Part shown: positions 11,134 through 23,229 of the stretch, in pieces
Layout of the letters: every line of letters starts with the position of its first letter
How positions within the stretch are numbered: the stretch's first letter is position 1
Assembly (NCBI RefSeq): GCF_964355755.1
Contig: NC_092672.1
Coordinates: 21,651,237-21,715,236 of the forward strand
Direction of reading: 5' to 3'
DNA: 64,000 nt
DNA from: Antedon mediterranea
Taxonomy: Eukaryota; Animalia; Echinodermata
Position numbers and translations under genes: made by a program
Notes under the pieces: model-generated
Databases searched by the model: none
What the model was told of the DNA's origin: nothing
What the model saw: only the letters and a program-made list of their open reading frames with translations

Positions 11134-12370
11134 CTAAAAAATCAAATGATACACAATAGATTAATTAGTAAATGAACATTCACCTGTGTACACTGCACAT
11201 CAAATCTAATGAGCAAATATAATGTAATAGCAATAAGGTTTCCATTCAAAGTAAATATTATAGGGATACTCGGAAAAAAAAGCCCTGATAATAGGGCAGG
11301 AGGGCAAGTTGGTAAATTGATTGTTCTTAACTTGATGCAATTGTAATAATGGAGAGGATGTGTGGTTAAATAGGTCGAAACACTCTTTTCGTTTTCTAAA
11401 TAGAATTGTGTTAGTGAACCAATTCTTATTTTGATATAAAACCAGAGAGACGTAATAAGCCGAAGGCTAGCGCGCGTACTGCAGACTGAAAAGTGATTCC
11501 AACAGGAGGGGGAACTAAAAGATGTCGGCCGTAAATGTGTTCAAAAACATTATTTAATATAAAAAATAATAATCTAACATAATACATTAAGACCACATAA
11601 ATTACAACATATATTCTTGTCAAAGCACAGTGAAGATTTATAAAATTAAATATATTTTTAATTGCAATGGAATGAATAATTTCTTGGTAATCTAGCATTT
11701 TTTGTATACGAGGGTCATATAGAATCCGTTTGCGTTTATACGCTTAACGCGCTGCGTTTCGTATCGTTCTCACGCAGATAGGCTCAACACAGGCATATAG
11801 CAGTGCATACTGCGTAGGGCATATCTGATTGGTCGATTGCAGCCGCTATTTTGTTGGTTCCCTCTCCATGGAGAATCACCTTTTAAACTGCGATAACATT
11901 GTAGTTTGACATCTAGCCTTCGGCTATATAATATCATTGTATTAAACAAATATAAACTATTTGACTGTTGACCATTGTTTTTATTAATGACAGGCTAACC
12001 TTTAATTTGTTCCTATACACTATGTTGTATTCTAAAGTTGATAATTAAATTGTCTGGTACTTCCTCCTTGATCTCACTACAAGTTTTTAACAAATGAGCT
12101 AAAATAGTTTAGCAAAAGCAAAAGCTTTTCCCACTTAAGTGGTGTATCCTCTTCTTACACGGGTGATAGAGCATTCCCTATAGCTACAAACAGCCATTGA
12201 TACATTTTACTGTGGTATTTATTTTCAGTTATAAGATTATGAGAAATGAGTTTAAATGAAGCAGATGCACTATTCCATAATTGTAATGCTTTGAGAAACT
12301 ATTTATGACCTTCTAACCCCCTTTAATGTGAATATACTGTAAAACTGGCTTTCAGTTTTAAGTATATTAC

Positions 12371-12547
12371 CTTATTCTTTTCAATTAGACCATCCACTTG
12401 GTACATAACTTTCTCTGCATAGTGATGCACAACAAAAGCTGGTGATGTCACTGACATGTGTGAACGAGATAAGTTTGCGCTGCTGATAGTGTCATGAAGA
12501 AACTCACAAAATGAACTTGGATCTGAATGTCTGTTTAACTTGCATTG
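12371..12547 (-). CDS. MYO19: MYO19 exon (QCKLNR...FVVHHYAEKVMYQVDGLIEKNK)
   Basis: HYA..V.Y...G..EKNK motif; GT-AG boundaries. Confidence 0.9.
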
Positions 12548-13096
12548 CTATAAACAAGATAAACTTGCAATTAGTTCATAGAAAGTAAATCCTTAGATGG
12601 ACAGTCTAAGCACAACAACTTGTAGTTTGCAACTGGTTGTTGTACTTTTGCACCTAACTTGAAATCACTGGGCATAAGGTCACTCACCATCACTGATGTG
12701 CAGCAGGTGAATATTTTTTAATTGGGGTTAAGCTTGAGGTGCAAAAGTACATCAGCACCAGGTTTTCTAGTGTAAATTAGGCTCAAAAGTCCATTGTTTA
12801 TCTTCTTACAAACGACAGTTTATTTTTATGGAAAGACAAACTATGGTTTGTAAGACAAACTATTCCTGTATGGTAAAAACCACTGTTTCTCAAAATGTCA
12901 AATTCAAAATACGAAGGTGTTATTATTTTACGACGTACTGTACTACGATTGAGAAAGGCAAATTCTCAATACATCTTGTTTTACAGCAGTTTATCTTTCA
13001 ATAAAAAGACAAACTACAGAATACAGGTCTTTTCCAACTATAATTGGCGAAAAACAAATTATTTTTTGTATTTTGCAGTGGAATAGCAACACTTAC

Positions 13097-13207
13097 TTGA
13101 TTCATAAGTGCAAATATACTGATGCTGCCTTCAATAACATCAAGACATGTTTTATTGTCAGTAAAGTCTTCAAATTGCCATGGAATTCCCTCAGATTGAC
13201 AGTCATC
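13097..13207 (-). CDS. MYO19: MYO19 exon (DDCQSEGIPWQFEDFTDNKTCLDVIEG)
   Basis: EGI.W....DN..CLD.IE motif; GT-AG boundaries. Confidence 0.9.
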
Positions 13208-13543
13208 CTAAAATAATACAAACATGGCTGTTTAATCAGCAGTAAAATTATGTTTATAAAGGTTCATCATTATCACTGTTAGAGAAAAAAAGTGAATGAT
13301 AATTCTCATAAACTTTAATTATTATTGTTATCTTAATTATTTTATATTATATTATAATTATACTAGTATTTTGATATTTTTTTTACAAGATTCATTTGAT
13401 ATAAACTAAAATAAGTGCCATATTATTTTTCTTCATTTTTTTTTTAATAAAAGAACTGTTGTTATTATCACTCTAATAAAACACCGTAGCACCAACTGTA
13501 TATTAGCATACTCTATATATAGAAAATAAGTTTGTTGGAATAC

Positions 13544-13733
13544 CTGTTCTGCTTTGAGGAAGTTGTGCACAAAATGTTGCTGAAGCTTCTCATTTGCATA
13601 ATTTATGCATAATTGCTCCAAACTGTTAAATGAAAAACTTTCAAATCCATAGACATCCAGTAGACCAATGTAAGACTGCCAACTCCTGGCCATGGTACAG
13701 CCATTGATGAATCCAACGAGCCAATCAAAAACT
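13544..13733 (-). CDS. MYO19: MYO19 switch-II exon (VFDWLV...[32 protein letters not shown])
   Basis: switch II and relay motif; GT-AG boundaries. Confidence 0.92.
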
Positions 13734-14215
13734 CTGAAACGTTAAACCATAATTTAGTCACAGTCTTCAAAGCTAGTTTTTTTTGGTAAAACCAAAGTGG
13801 GGTTGAAAAAGTTTGCATGTAAACATTTTCTCCTGTTACATACTAACTACATGACAAAGAAAAAAATTAGGCAGAAAGAAGTCAGGCCATGACAGAAAGA
13901 GAGATTAGGCAAGAAAAAAAAATAAATTAAATTAACTAAATATTAGAGTTTGCATGTATGTATGTTTATTTTATTTTTGTGAATGTTTAAAGGTGTATGC
14001 AGGATTTGCTGTGGGCAATCCGCCTCAGTGCAGACCAGCATGCATATGGGGAAGCAAATAAAAGTTATTGGATTTGTACAACATCTTCTGTGGGTTTGTT
14101 TTGAATATATAACAGGTCAGTAAAAAGGCAAATACTGCACAACAAGAATATTTTCAAAAGAATAAATAGGTTTCTTTCACTACAAACAAATATAGCTTTA
14201 ATGTTTGTAAAATAC

Positions 14216-14402
14216 CTGGCATAGAGTAACTTTGCAAGACAATCTCTCCTTGTATGACATTCATCTTTTAAGCAAGGCTTCATAAAGACACTCTTTCTAC
14301 GCTTGTGAGATGCAGTGATTTGTCGGAATGCAAGACATCTAGTTAAGGCATCAACATCAAGACCAAGTAACTGTGCAGCAGCATTAACAGAGGTGTCAAC
14401 TC
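14216..14402 (-). CDS. MYO19: MYO19 exon (...KPCLKDECHTRRDCLAKLLYAR)
   Basis: MYO19-diagnostic KPC...EC.TRRDCLAK; GT-AG boundaries. Confidence 0.92.
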
Positions 14403-14759
14403 CTGATGAAGCAACATCAATAGTACAACAATATGATATATTGAATAATTAGTAAATTAGAAAATCTCTCTTAGGCTGAAATATTTTATCAACATTTTTT
14501 GAAGATGGAGAAGAATATTAATAAGATTATTTAAGATTTTAAAATGATATAATTATTAACGATATTTTTAAAGATATTTTGTGACCAACCTACCATAACA
14601 TTAAGGTATTCCTTATGTCCGTTTTTAGTTATTTCTCATATATTATATTATGGTAGAAATAAAAACAAATTAAAAAATACTAAAAAGATATATATACTGT
14701 TGTTAGAATATTTTGAATCATAAGTAAATGCCAATTTATTATAAACATAATCTATTAAA

Positions 14760-15252
14760 ACTTAAATGTTGCAACTACTTTAAGCTAAACTATAAATACT
14801 GTATGCAATCTTAAAGGTCGCAACTACTTTAGGCTAAACTATAAATACTGTATGCAATCTTAAAGGTCGCAACTACTTTAGGCTAAACTATAAATACTGT
14901 ATGCAATCTTAAAGGTCGCAACTACTTTAGGCTAAACTATAAATACTGTATGCAATCTTAAAGGTCGCAACTACTTGAAGCTAAACTATAAATACTGTAT
15001 GCAATCTTAAAGGTCGCAACTACTTTAAGCTAAACTATAAATACTGTATGCAATCTTAAAGGTTGCAACTACTTTAAGCTAAACTATAAATACTGTATGC
15101 AATCTTAAAGGTCGCAACTACTTTAAGCTAAACTATAAATACTGTATGCAAACTTAAAGATCACAACTACTTTAAGCTAAACTATAAATACTGTATGCAA
15201 TCTTAAAGGTTGCAACTACTTTAAGCTAAACTATAAATACTGTATGCAATCT
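14760..15252. repeat. 49-bp minisatellite, ~10 copies
   Basis: unit gcaactactttaggctaaactataaatactgtatgcaatcttaaaggtc. Confidence 0.95.
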
Positions 15253-15307
15253 TTTTATTGGTATAATACAGAAAATAATTAAACAGCATAACCTTTATAT
15301 CATTTAC

Positions 15308-15395
15308 CTTGTTTTTCAGAATCAATTTCACATGGTCCAGTGACATCATCACTAATAAACTCTATATTTCCAAGATGAAGTATACCACTTAGAAC
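15308..15395 (-). CDS. MYO19: MYO19 exon (VLSGILHLGNIEF)
   Basis: ILHLGNI motif; GT-AG boundaries. Confidence 0.9.
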
Positions 15396-15592
15396 CTACA
15401 AATAAACACATTTTCAAATTCAATTCAATAATTCAAAAAATAGAATTATAACATTACTATTAGATTTATGTATAAAAAACATCAAAGTCTATTATCACTT
15501 ATTTATATACTACCATTTGGTTTTCATTACCATGAATTTGTAAAAGTTGTTTTGAATCAATATACTATCATGATTGTAAAAACTAGGTAAAA

Positions 15593-15968
15593 GTTCACTG
15601 ATGTTTACTGTCCACATGTGCTGGATTAGTTCAACCAAGGCATCTAAACACATTGCTTTGGTTCAGTTAGTTCACTGATGTTTACTGTCCACATGTGCTG
15701 GATTAGTTCAACCAAGGCATCTAAACACATTGCTTTAGTTCAGTTAGTTCACTGATGTTTACTGTCCACATGTGCTGGATTAGTTCAACCAAGGCATCTA
15801 AACACATTGCTTTGGTTCAGTTAGTTCACTGATGTTTACTGTCCACATGTGCTGGATTAGTTCAACCAAGGCATCTAAACACATTGTTTTGGTTCAGTTA
15901 GTTCACTGATGTTTACTGTCCACATGTGCTGAATTACAGTAGTTCAACACATTGTTTTGGTTCAGTTA
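15593..15968. repeat. 77-bp minisatellite, ~4.5 copies
   Basis: gttcactgatgtttactgtccacatgtgctgg at 15593, 15670, 15747, 15824 and 15901. Confidence 0.92.
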
Positions 15969-16054
15969 CTAATAATATCACCACTAAGTTTAACCATGTT
16001 TTACCAGTGAATTCACTCTTCCCTTGTAAAACAATGTTTGTTAAGTAACCAGTT

Positions 16055-16380
16055 CTAATTAAGTAAAAGTTTCTTACTTTAAATAATTCTTGTTGCTGTG
16101 ACCTGCTAAGTCCAACATTAGACATTGCTTACTAACTAATTAAGTAAAAGTTTCATACTCCTAAATAATTCTTGTTGCTTTGACCTGCTAAGTCCAACAT
16201 TAGACATTGCTTACTAACTAATTAAGTAAAAGTTTCTTACTTTAAATAATTCTTGTTGCTTTGACATGCTAAGTCCAACATTAGCCATTGCTTACTTACT
16301 AATTAAGCAAAAGTTTCTTACTTTAAATAATTCTTGTTGCTGCGAACTGCTACTGTAAGTCCAACATTACACATTGCTTG
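16055..16380. repeat. 81-bp tandem duplication of a MYO19 exon 3' end and donor (3 extra copies)
   Basis: copies encode MSNVGLSRSQQQELFK|gtaag. Confidence 0.9.
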
Positions 16381-16524
16381 CTTTGTAACTATAAAATCTT
16401 GTTTATCCTTTTGATTACATGCATCTTCTGAATGGTTTAGTGACACATAGTTTAAGTTGTCTGAACTCAATACATTTGGTAGTAACCAGTTCCTCATTTC
16501 CCATTCATTTCCGCCAAACAGCAT
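16322..16524 (-). pseudogene. MYO19: MYO19 exon with a 5-nt frameshifting insertion (MLFGGNEWEMRNWLLP...)
   Basis: 203 nt between phase-0 boundaries (198+5); insertion at 16351-16357 is absent from the adjacent duplicates. Confidence 0.85.
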
Positions 16525-17178
16525 CTATGATAATTTGAAAGAAGAAATGTTAATGATATTATTAAAAAGACTAATAATGAGAATAATATAAACTAATAAT
16601 ATATTTCATGCTTTGATAACATTAGTAGAGTGAGTGCTTTCTTGCCCTATATTACAAAATATTACAAAGTGACAATTTTGTTTCAAGATGTTTAATATCA
16701 GTACCAGAAAGATCCTTTTCACATCTGCCTACATTGATCTCCAGACTTATTACATGTTTTCATATTTACTCATGAATTTACTCATATTTACTTGTGAAAT
16801 CACGGGAGAAGTATTGTCATTGTATAGTTGATGGTGCTATCATTAGTACAATCTCAAGTTTGTGAGGAAACAAAAGTCACGCTTCGATACTTTCAAACAG
16901 GTCTACGGTCAGTTAAATACCAGGACAAAGCACAAATGCGCAGAACAAAAAAACAGGCCCCTGTGAATATCAGTAGAATTTTAACAACCTGATTACAACC
17001 AAAGGGTATATGTTTGCTATTAGCCTACTCACTTTAGAAACATGGCAACAGAAATAAATTGCAGGGTTTTCTCTAACCTGCAAACAATATGCAAATGTAT
17101 CACAGTTCCAACAGTTAAGTTAAACAGTTGGTTATCCGGTTTAAAGGTACACAAAAATGAAACATAACTAATACTAAC

Positions 17179-17281
17179 TTGGTAAAAGATGTGAAAATTC
17201 CTGGCACCATCACATTGATAAACAACTCTAGTTTTCTCAAGAAGATATGTCTGAATAGAAGCACCAACAACATGATTTCCA
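17179..17281 (-). CDS. MYO19: MYO19 exon ([29 protein letters not shown])
   Basis: YLLEK.RV and RNFHIFYQ motifs. Confidence 0.92.
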
Positions 17282-17444
17282 CTGAAAACAAAATTGTAAA
17301 GTTAAAATAAGAATTCCTCTTGTGTGTAATTTCATTCTTCCCTGCTATGACACACAAAATGGCATATGTAGAAACTCAAACTGCATGGCCTGTATACAGT
17401 ATGTTGGTTGAACATTGACAAATAAAATAATGTATGAAACTTAC

Positions 17445-17514
17445 CGACTGAATTGTAGCTGAATGTACTTTCCAAAGCGGCTACTATTGTGATTCCTGGT
17501 TGTGCTAGCATTGC
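17445..17514 (-). CDS. MYO19: MYO19 switch-I exon (GNASTTRNHNSSRFGKYIQLQF)
   Basis: NSSRFGK motif; GT-AG boundaries. Confidence 0.92.
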
Positions 17515-18322
17515 CTAAGAAAATGAAATAATAGTTGTCTAACAGAGATGGAGTTGTAGGGAGGTGTAGGGTACTGGGTGGCAAAAGATTAATATTACTG
17601 TATATATATATATACTGGTGCAGGCCATCAAATATTGCCATCAATTGCAATTAATTCTACTAGTCTTAATGATACCAAATCTGCCAAAAATTAAATTTGA
17701 GCATAAAATCTCACCAAATTCATATTTAGAACATACTGTAAGTTCCCCACTGCTGATCAACAGTTTTAGCCTATATATTAGGAGTTTAAAGGATTTTGGC
17801 ACCATGACTGAAGGTTAAAGATATGCTAGAATTACAAAATGTAAAATCAGTACACAAACTGCTTTAAATTATCATTTTAAATTTCATTTTACATAAAGCG
17901 TTAATCAATTTTAGGTTAGGTGTAGCTTTATTTATTTATTTTTAAATCAGTATGATATTTATTGACTTTTATATTTCAGTTTTTTCAGGGAAGAGTTAAA
18001 TTACAATTTAATTTAACTCTTCCCTGGTTTTCTTGTAATTTTAATGGTACACTATCATTATGCTCATTTTTATTTGGTTTTCATCTCTTTATCGACTGTT
18101 CTTATTCTATTTTTTCTTTATCTGTTGATGATAATGATGATGAATATAGAAAATTTGATATATTGATATGATTTAAAAATGCTGATTTTGTATATTTAAC
18201 AAAAATAAAGGTCCAACTTCTAGCGATCTTTCTTAGGACCATAACAATACATAGATGTTTTTACATTTGAGAATGACATGTGTATCTTACTGTACTTTAT
18301 TAAAGATAAATATAATAATTAC

Positions 18323-18396
18323 CAAATGCTTCAAGAATAGGATTTGAGTCTAATATTCTACGTTCAATGCAATCTGCTGGTGATGGTGTAAAACCA
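18323..18396 (-). CDS. MYO19: MYO19 exon (IERRILDSNPILEAF)
   Basis: NPILEAFG motif. Confidence 0.9.
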
Positions 18397-18538
18397 CTAT
18401 GAACAAAAAAGACAACAAGTTATCACAAATAAGTAACAAAACAGAGACAAATCTATAATTATGATGAAATAAAAACTGTAATTTTACATACATGAGAGTG
18501 TTTAATGATATTAAATTAAATGTGTTTATTTTTATTAC

Positions 18539-18597
18539 CCAGGGTTACATACTGCCACCATTGTCAGATATTTTAGTAAACATCTTGCATTCCATGT
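18539..18597 (-). CDS. MYO19: MYO19 exon (TWNARCLLKYLTMVAVCNP)
   Basis: continues the P-loop; MYO19-type TW..RCL.K; phases match neighbours. Confidence 0.85.
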
Positions 18598-18947
18598 CTG
18601 TAATAAAACAATAATAAATAACAGAGAATAACAAACGTTTTTGTATTTTCACAAAAAATATTGACAAACTGCCTGTGTGAAAATGGGTTGCCAACATTCC
18701 CTCTTTGCACGTCTGGCAAGCATTTAGTGACATTCAATAAATGCTGATTTTGTAACAGTGTCCTTTGAAACAGTAAAAACAAATTATAGCACTCTCTATT
18801 ACTTGTCCATGCTTTTAGCCTCTCTATTTTTATTCAAGTTTGGGCCTCTCTATTATTTCAAAATAAACAAGAAATGGTTTTAAAGGTAAAAAATTGACTC
18901 TGATTACATTGGTGAAAACAAACGTAAAACTGAAATTGTTGAATTAC

Positions 18948-19061
18948 CTTTCCAGAGCCACTTTCACCGCTGACAATTATTGACTGATTAATCTTGTCTA
19001 GTCTTCTAGTAAGATTACACAAAGCTGTTTCTGCAATTCCAAATACATGTGGTGGGTGTGC
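18948..19061 (-). CDS. MYO19: MYO19 P-loop exon (PHVFGIAE...[14 protein letters not shown])
   Basis: P-loop motif; GT-AG boundaries. Confidence 0.93.
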
Positions 19062-19527
19062 CTGAAAAAAAAATAAAATAAAAAGATGTATATTCCCCAA
19101 AAAACATGAAAATGAGGATTAATAAAATCAAGCCATTTTGCTGTTTTAAAAAAGTTATTCATTTTAAAGAAATAAAAACACACAAATATAGTGTTTTTAC
19201 TTTTAAAAAAGACAAAATTAATGGTTAAACTTAACCAAATGTTAAAAAATTACAGTTTTTCAGGTAAATAATGTTTTTTTTTCAATTTTTGGTCAAAGTG
19301 AATAACTACAGTATTATGTGACATAAAATAGCATATTCAGCAAAACAATTATCTTTTCAGAGGAGCTCAGCATATATCTCTAAGTTCTCACTTCTAAGTG
19401 CAACTGAGGAAATATTAATATTTTTGCCCAATATTGAAGATAAAGTGAAGTCAAGATTTTAATAGTGATGTCACCAACATATCAATTTTCCTAAAAATCA
19501 ATAGTATACTAGCGAATCGTTGTTTAC

Positions 19528-19665
19528 CTTTTGATCACTATGGTAACGATGAATCATATGAACATCAAAATGTCCAGTTGCTTTGAAAGGATTTAAAGTA
19601 ACAAGTGTGTTGCCAGTCTGAGTGTGGTATCTACCAGCTAAGTACCGCTCAAGTGTGTTGCCAGT
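19528..19665 (-). pseudogene. MYO19: MYO19 exon (ERYLAGRYHTQTGNTLVTLNPFK) with damaged 5' boundary
   Basis: RY....T..G.TLV.LNPFK motif; no phase-1 AG found; 16-nt internal duplication at its 5' end. Confidence 0.75.
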
Positions 19666-19931
19666 ATTTTGTCCAATTTTCTTCAAATTGTTCTACTCTA
19701 AAAATGTATTACTGTAACTATAAATTTTATTTTAAAGTGGTCTTTAATTGGAGAACAATTCATCCAAATTGTGGTCTTTGATCTCTAATTAGAGGGCGGC
19801 AACAGCTAATGGTAGAAAATAGGTGATCATCTGTCTTTAAATTAGATTGAGCTTTTAATTAAAGGGGTCTTTAATCAGAGACTGTAGTATTAACAACCAT
19901 TGAAACATGTGTCTACTATTAATTCACTTAC

Positions 19932-20037
19932 CAGCAGGTTCTGAGAGAGGATTAAGCAAAACAAGATCATCTGTATTGATCCAATCTGTTTGAGTACACA
20001 GCACTGGATAGCCAGCATGACCACGTATCACAACCTC
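19932..20037 (-). CDS. MYO19: MYO19 exon (…WINTDDLVLLNPLSEPA)
   Basis: DDL..LNP motif at motor start; ctag / gtaagt boundaries. Confidence 0.85.
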
Positions 20038-20152
20038 CTAGACAATGAAGTTACAAGCAATATTTAAAATACATTATATAGAATACTTAGTAGCAAGGTT
20101 GGGTTGTTGGCATAGATGGTATGCTTCCCTCCCCTCCTTACCTCACAATTAT

Positions 20153-20423
20153 ATTTAGTGACTATAATCTTGCCATCACTAAAACATGAATTAACACATG
20201 CTCGAACCCAAACCTCTTACCTGGCCATTAGATTTAGTGACTATAATCTTGCCATCACTAAAACATGAATTAACACATGCTCGAACCCAAACCTCTTACC
20301 TGGCCATTAGATTTAGTGACTATAATCTTGCCATCACTAAAACATGAATTAACACATGCTCGAACCCAAACCTCTTACCTGGCCATTAGATTTAGTGACT
20401 ATAATCTTGCCATCACTAAAACA
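20153..20423. repeat. 79-bp minisatellite, ~3.4 copies
   Basis: atttagtgactataatcttgcc at 20153, 20232, 20311 and 20390. Confidence 0.92.
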
Positions 20424-20994
20424 AATATTTAAAATACACATGTATACAAATTATTGCTAAAGAGTAATAGTTGTAAAGTCTAACAGCTTTCAGAATAAAT
20501 AAAAATTTTGCAGTTATTTAGCATAATGGATGCTATAAGCCCGGCTATAAAGCCCATCGCTAAATACCTTTGAATAGGCCTAGAGTTTTCGCATCAGCAG
20601 AAGAACACGAAACATAGCCTAGGACAAAAATCATTCAACTGTGACCATGCGCAGATCATGCCGGGAACCAGTACAAATATTGCGCCCTCTATGGCGTGGC
20701 CTTGTTGTCTTTTTAGAGAACACTGGATTTTTATTTGGTAAATGGTAGTTCAAGTCCGTAGTATTTTTCAGTAAAACAGGTAGCGCAAGTGCCTCATGTC
20801 TTGAAGTGGCTGCTGCACCCCCCGTTTGGTTTATATACAAGTGCCAGATGAAGAATTATTGAAAACAAGTTAAAACCTTGCACATTCACTGACTTAAAGA
20901 AGGGCTTACACAGATGGAATTAGTAAATTAACCAGTTAATGTGTGGGGCAACCATTTCATTCCATGTCTTTAATACCCTAATGAATAACTGTGC

Positions 20995-21263
20995 CAAGTA
21001 TCAGAATGTTCACTTCCGGTCTACTAAAAGTAGGCCTACTATGCATGACAAGTGTCAGAATGTTCACTTCAGGTCTACTAAAGTAGGCCTACTATGCATG
21101 ACAAGTATCAGAATGTTCACTTCCGGTCTACTAAAAGTAGGCCTACTATGCATGACAAGTGTCAGAATGTTCACTTCAGGCCTACTAAAGTAGACCTACT
21201 ATGCATGACAAGTGTCAGAATGTTCAATTCAGGTCTACTAAAGTAGGCCTACTATGCATGACA
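20995..21263. repeat. ~55-bp minisatellite, ~5 copies
   Basis: unit tcagaatgttcacttcaggtctactaaagtaggcctactatgcatgacaagtg. Confidence 0.92.
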
Positions 21264-21292
21264 GAGAGAATATCAACAGCATTTTCCTTTAC

Positions 21293-21364
21293 CTTTTTGA
21301 AACGACATGCTGGTTTCTTTTTAACTTGGGGTGGAATGCATCTAGGCCTAGATTTAGTAATAAT
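21293..21364 (-). CDS. MYO19: Candidate MYO19 N-terminal exon (IITKSRPRCIPPQVKKKPACRFKK)
   Basis: strong ttttttttcag acceptor, aag|gtaaag donor, 72 nt phase 0-0; no recognisable homology. Confidence 0.45.
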
Positions 21365-22504
21365 CTGAAAAAAAAATAGCGAAATGGTAAATTTGTACAA
21401 ACAAATTTTTATAAACATATAACCACCTGTGACCTAGCCTAGCTAGGACCCGGAGAATTTAAATGGTTATTTGGCCCTACTACTATTATAGCCTAGTACT
21501 AGGCCCAGGCTAGGCTTGCAGAAAAGTGTAGTCGGTCTGATTTGATTTGAATTTATTAGGAAAATCATCATAAAAAATATATACAAAAGAAAGTGACATA
21601 ATAACATAAATTACTGACATTACAAATAATACATAAAAGATTTTGCAGGATAAAAGCTTAGGCCTAAAGCATTATTAAGTTGGTTACTTTTACTTATTTG
21701 ACATTCCGGGTATTTTTTTTCCCCCACTGTTAGTTATAGTAACCTGAAGTATTAATTAACATTATTATAACAATTAAATATGTTATAATAATTTAAAATG
21801 TTTCCTTTCATGCTACACTTAAATGGATAACACTCATTCTTCTATCCATATTATATCTTGTCAATACGCTATGGTACTGTAGATTCATTCCTCAATCAAC
21901 ACATCAGTTTATAATAGGACTACCCTAAAACATGTACTCTAGTATATTCACTTGTATTGTAGGCATAGAAAGAACGTCTCTTTGGTAATAAATACTCTAT
22001 TACTAATTATAAACTATTTTAACTATTAAATTCTGATATTTTTTCCAGAAATAACAATTTCACACTGATTTTCAAGAGCACATATTCACAAACTGTTTGC
22101 AACCACCTGTAAAATAAATTGAAAACAAACATTACATTATTAATTAGGCCTAAATAAACATTCATCCCTTATACCAAACAAATATTGACCAGAACCAATT
22201 ACAACCACAAAAGCGTATCAGCAACGCTCCATACAAAATACCCGATTTTATTGGAACCAAAATAAAACGTTATCTATTTTACCATATCAAACATAAAACT
22301 AGCGCATTGGGCCCTGCGCTAATACGATAGGGCCCAGAAAATGAGACGATAGAGACCAAAATGGTTCCTAGCACATGAGACGATCGGGCCAACGCATGAG
22401 ACGATTGGGGTCGGGCCAAACGCTGAAGACGATCGGGACCATGTTTTCTGGGCCCAACAAGGGCCAAGATGATCGGGCAGCAAATAAAAAAATTTTACTG
22501 TGAT

Positions 22505-22785
22505 AACCGGCCTAGACTTAGGTTAGGCCTAATAATACCCTACCCAGGCCTACCTACCCAGTAGGTCTAGGCTAGTAGGCTAGGCTAGGCTAGGCCTAGC
22601 TAGGGGCAAGGCTAGGCTAGGCTAGGCCTAGCTAGGGGCAAGGCTAGGCTAGGCTAGGCCTAGCTAGGGGCAAGGCTAGGCGGTAATTCGGCTAGGCTAG
22701 CCTACCTAGATTTATTGCACCTGACCTGCATAATCCTACATTGCCTGTCTGTACTAGCTTAGCCTAGCTAGGCGCCGCCTAGTAA
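22505..22785. repeat. CTAG/TAGGCC-rich low-complexity tract in MYO19 first intron (includes a 34-bp x3 duplication)
   Basis: mosaic of taggcta, tagccta, taggccta and tagcta. Confidence 0.85.
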
Positions 22786-22807
22786 TTGCATTAATTTAGT
22801 AACTTAC

Positions 22808-22846
22808 TTTTTTGCCTACTGGAATGTAATTATTGCTTTTTTCCAT
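22808..22846 (-). CDS. MYO19: Candidate MYO19 first coding exon (MEKSNNYIPVGKK)
   Basis: ATG plus 13 codons ending at an aaa|gtaagt donor, phase 0. Confidence 0.55.
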
Positions 22847-23004
22847 CAAAATAATAGTTGTCATTTTGATAAATAAAAAAATCGCTGTGTACCGCCCTCT
22901 CTGTTATGACTCGGTGACCTTTTAAAATAAACAACAGCTAACACATGTTTTTTTGTTATGATTTTTCAAAAATCATAACAAAAAAACAAAAACAAAAATT
23001 TTTT
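22847..23004. promoter_or_regulatory. Putative bidirectional promoter between MYO19 and OGFOD2
   Basis: ~160 bp between divergent first exons; contains a ccgccc GC box near 22892. Confidence 0.45.
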
Positions 23005-23229
23005 GCGATCAATCAATGATATGTTTGTAGCTGTTACTACACCCATAACATATTTTTACCTAAGTTTAAACTGCATGTGACGTATATAGATGATAAAATA
23101 TTTGCTGAGGAAACCGGTAAAACCTGTTGCTGCCAAATCTTCTTTCTAACCAGACACTTTCTTAATGTTAGGCTAGCCTAGGCCTACTAGACTACGAAAG
23201 CCCATTAATGCCATTTTAAGTATATGTTT

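Larger units (their letters stand above)
5788..22846 (-). pseudogene. MYO19: Unconventional myosin XIX, multi-exon copy with frameshift and premature stops (probable pseudogene)
   Basis: ~20 GT-AG exons giving GESGSGK|[63 protein letters not shown] and IQ motifs; 5-nt insertion at 16351-16357; TAA TGA in frame at 9020-9025; no recognisable intact C-terminal tail. Confidence 0.85.

Noticed and set aside
21800-22106. Candidate MYO19 exon after a good acceptor at 22107
   Set aside because: Stops in all frames and no recognisable homology
23017-23019. In-frame TGA in OGFOD2 exon 1 as selenocysteine
   Set aside because: It does not align to a Cys position, there is no upstream ATG and no SECIS was recognised; CGA->TGA decay is simpler
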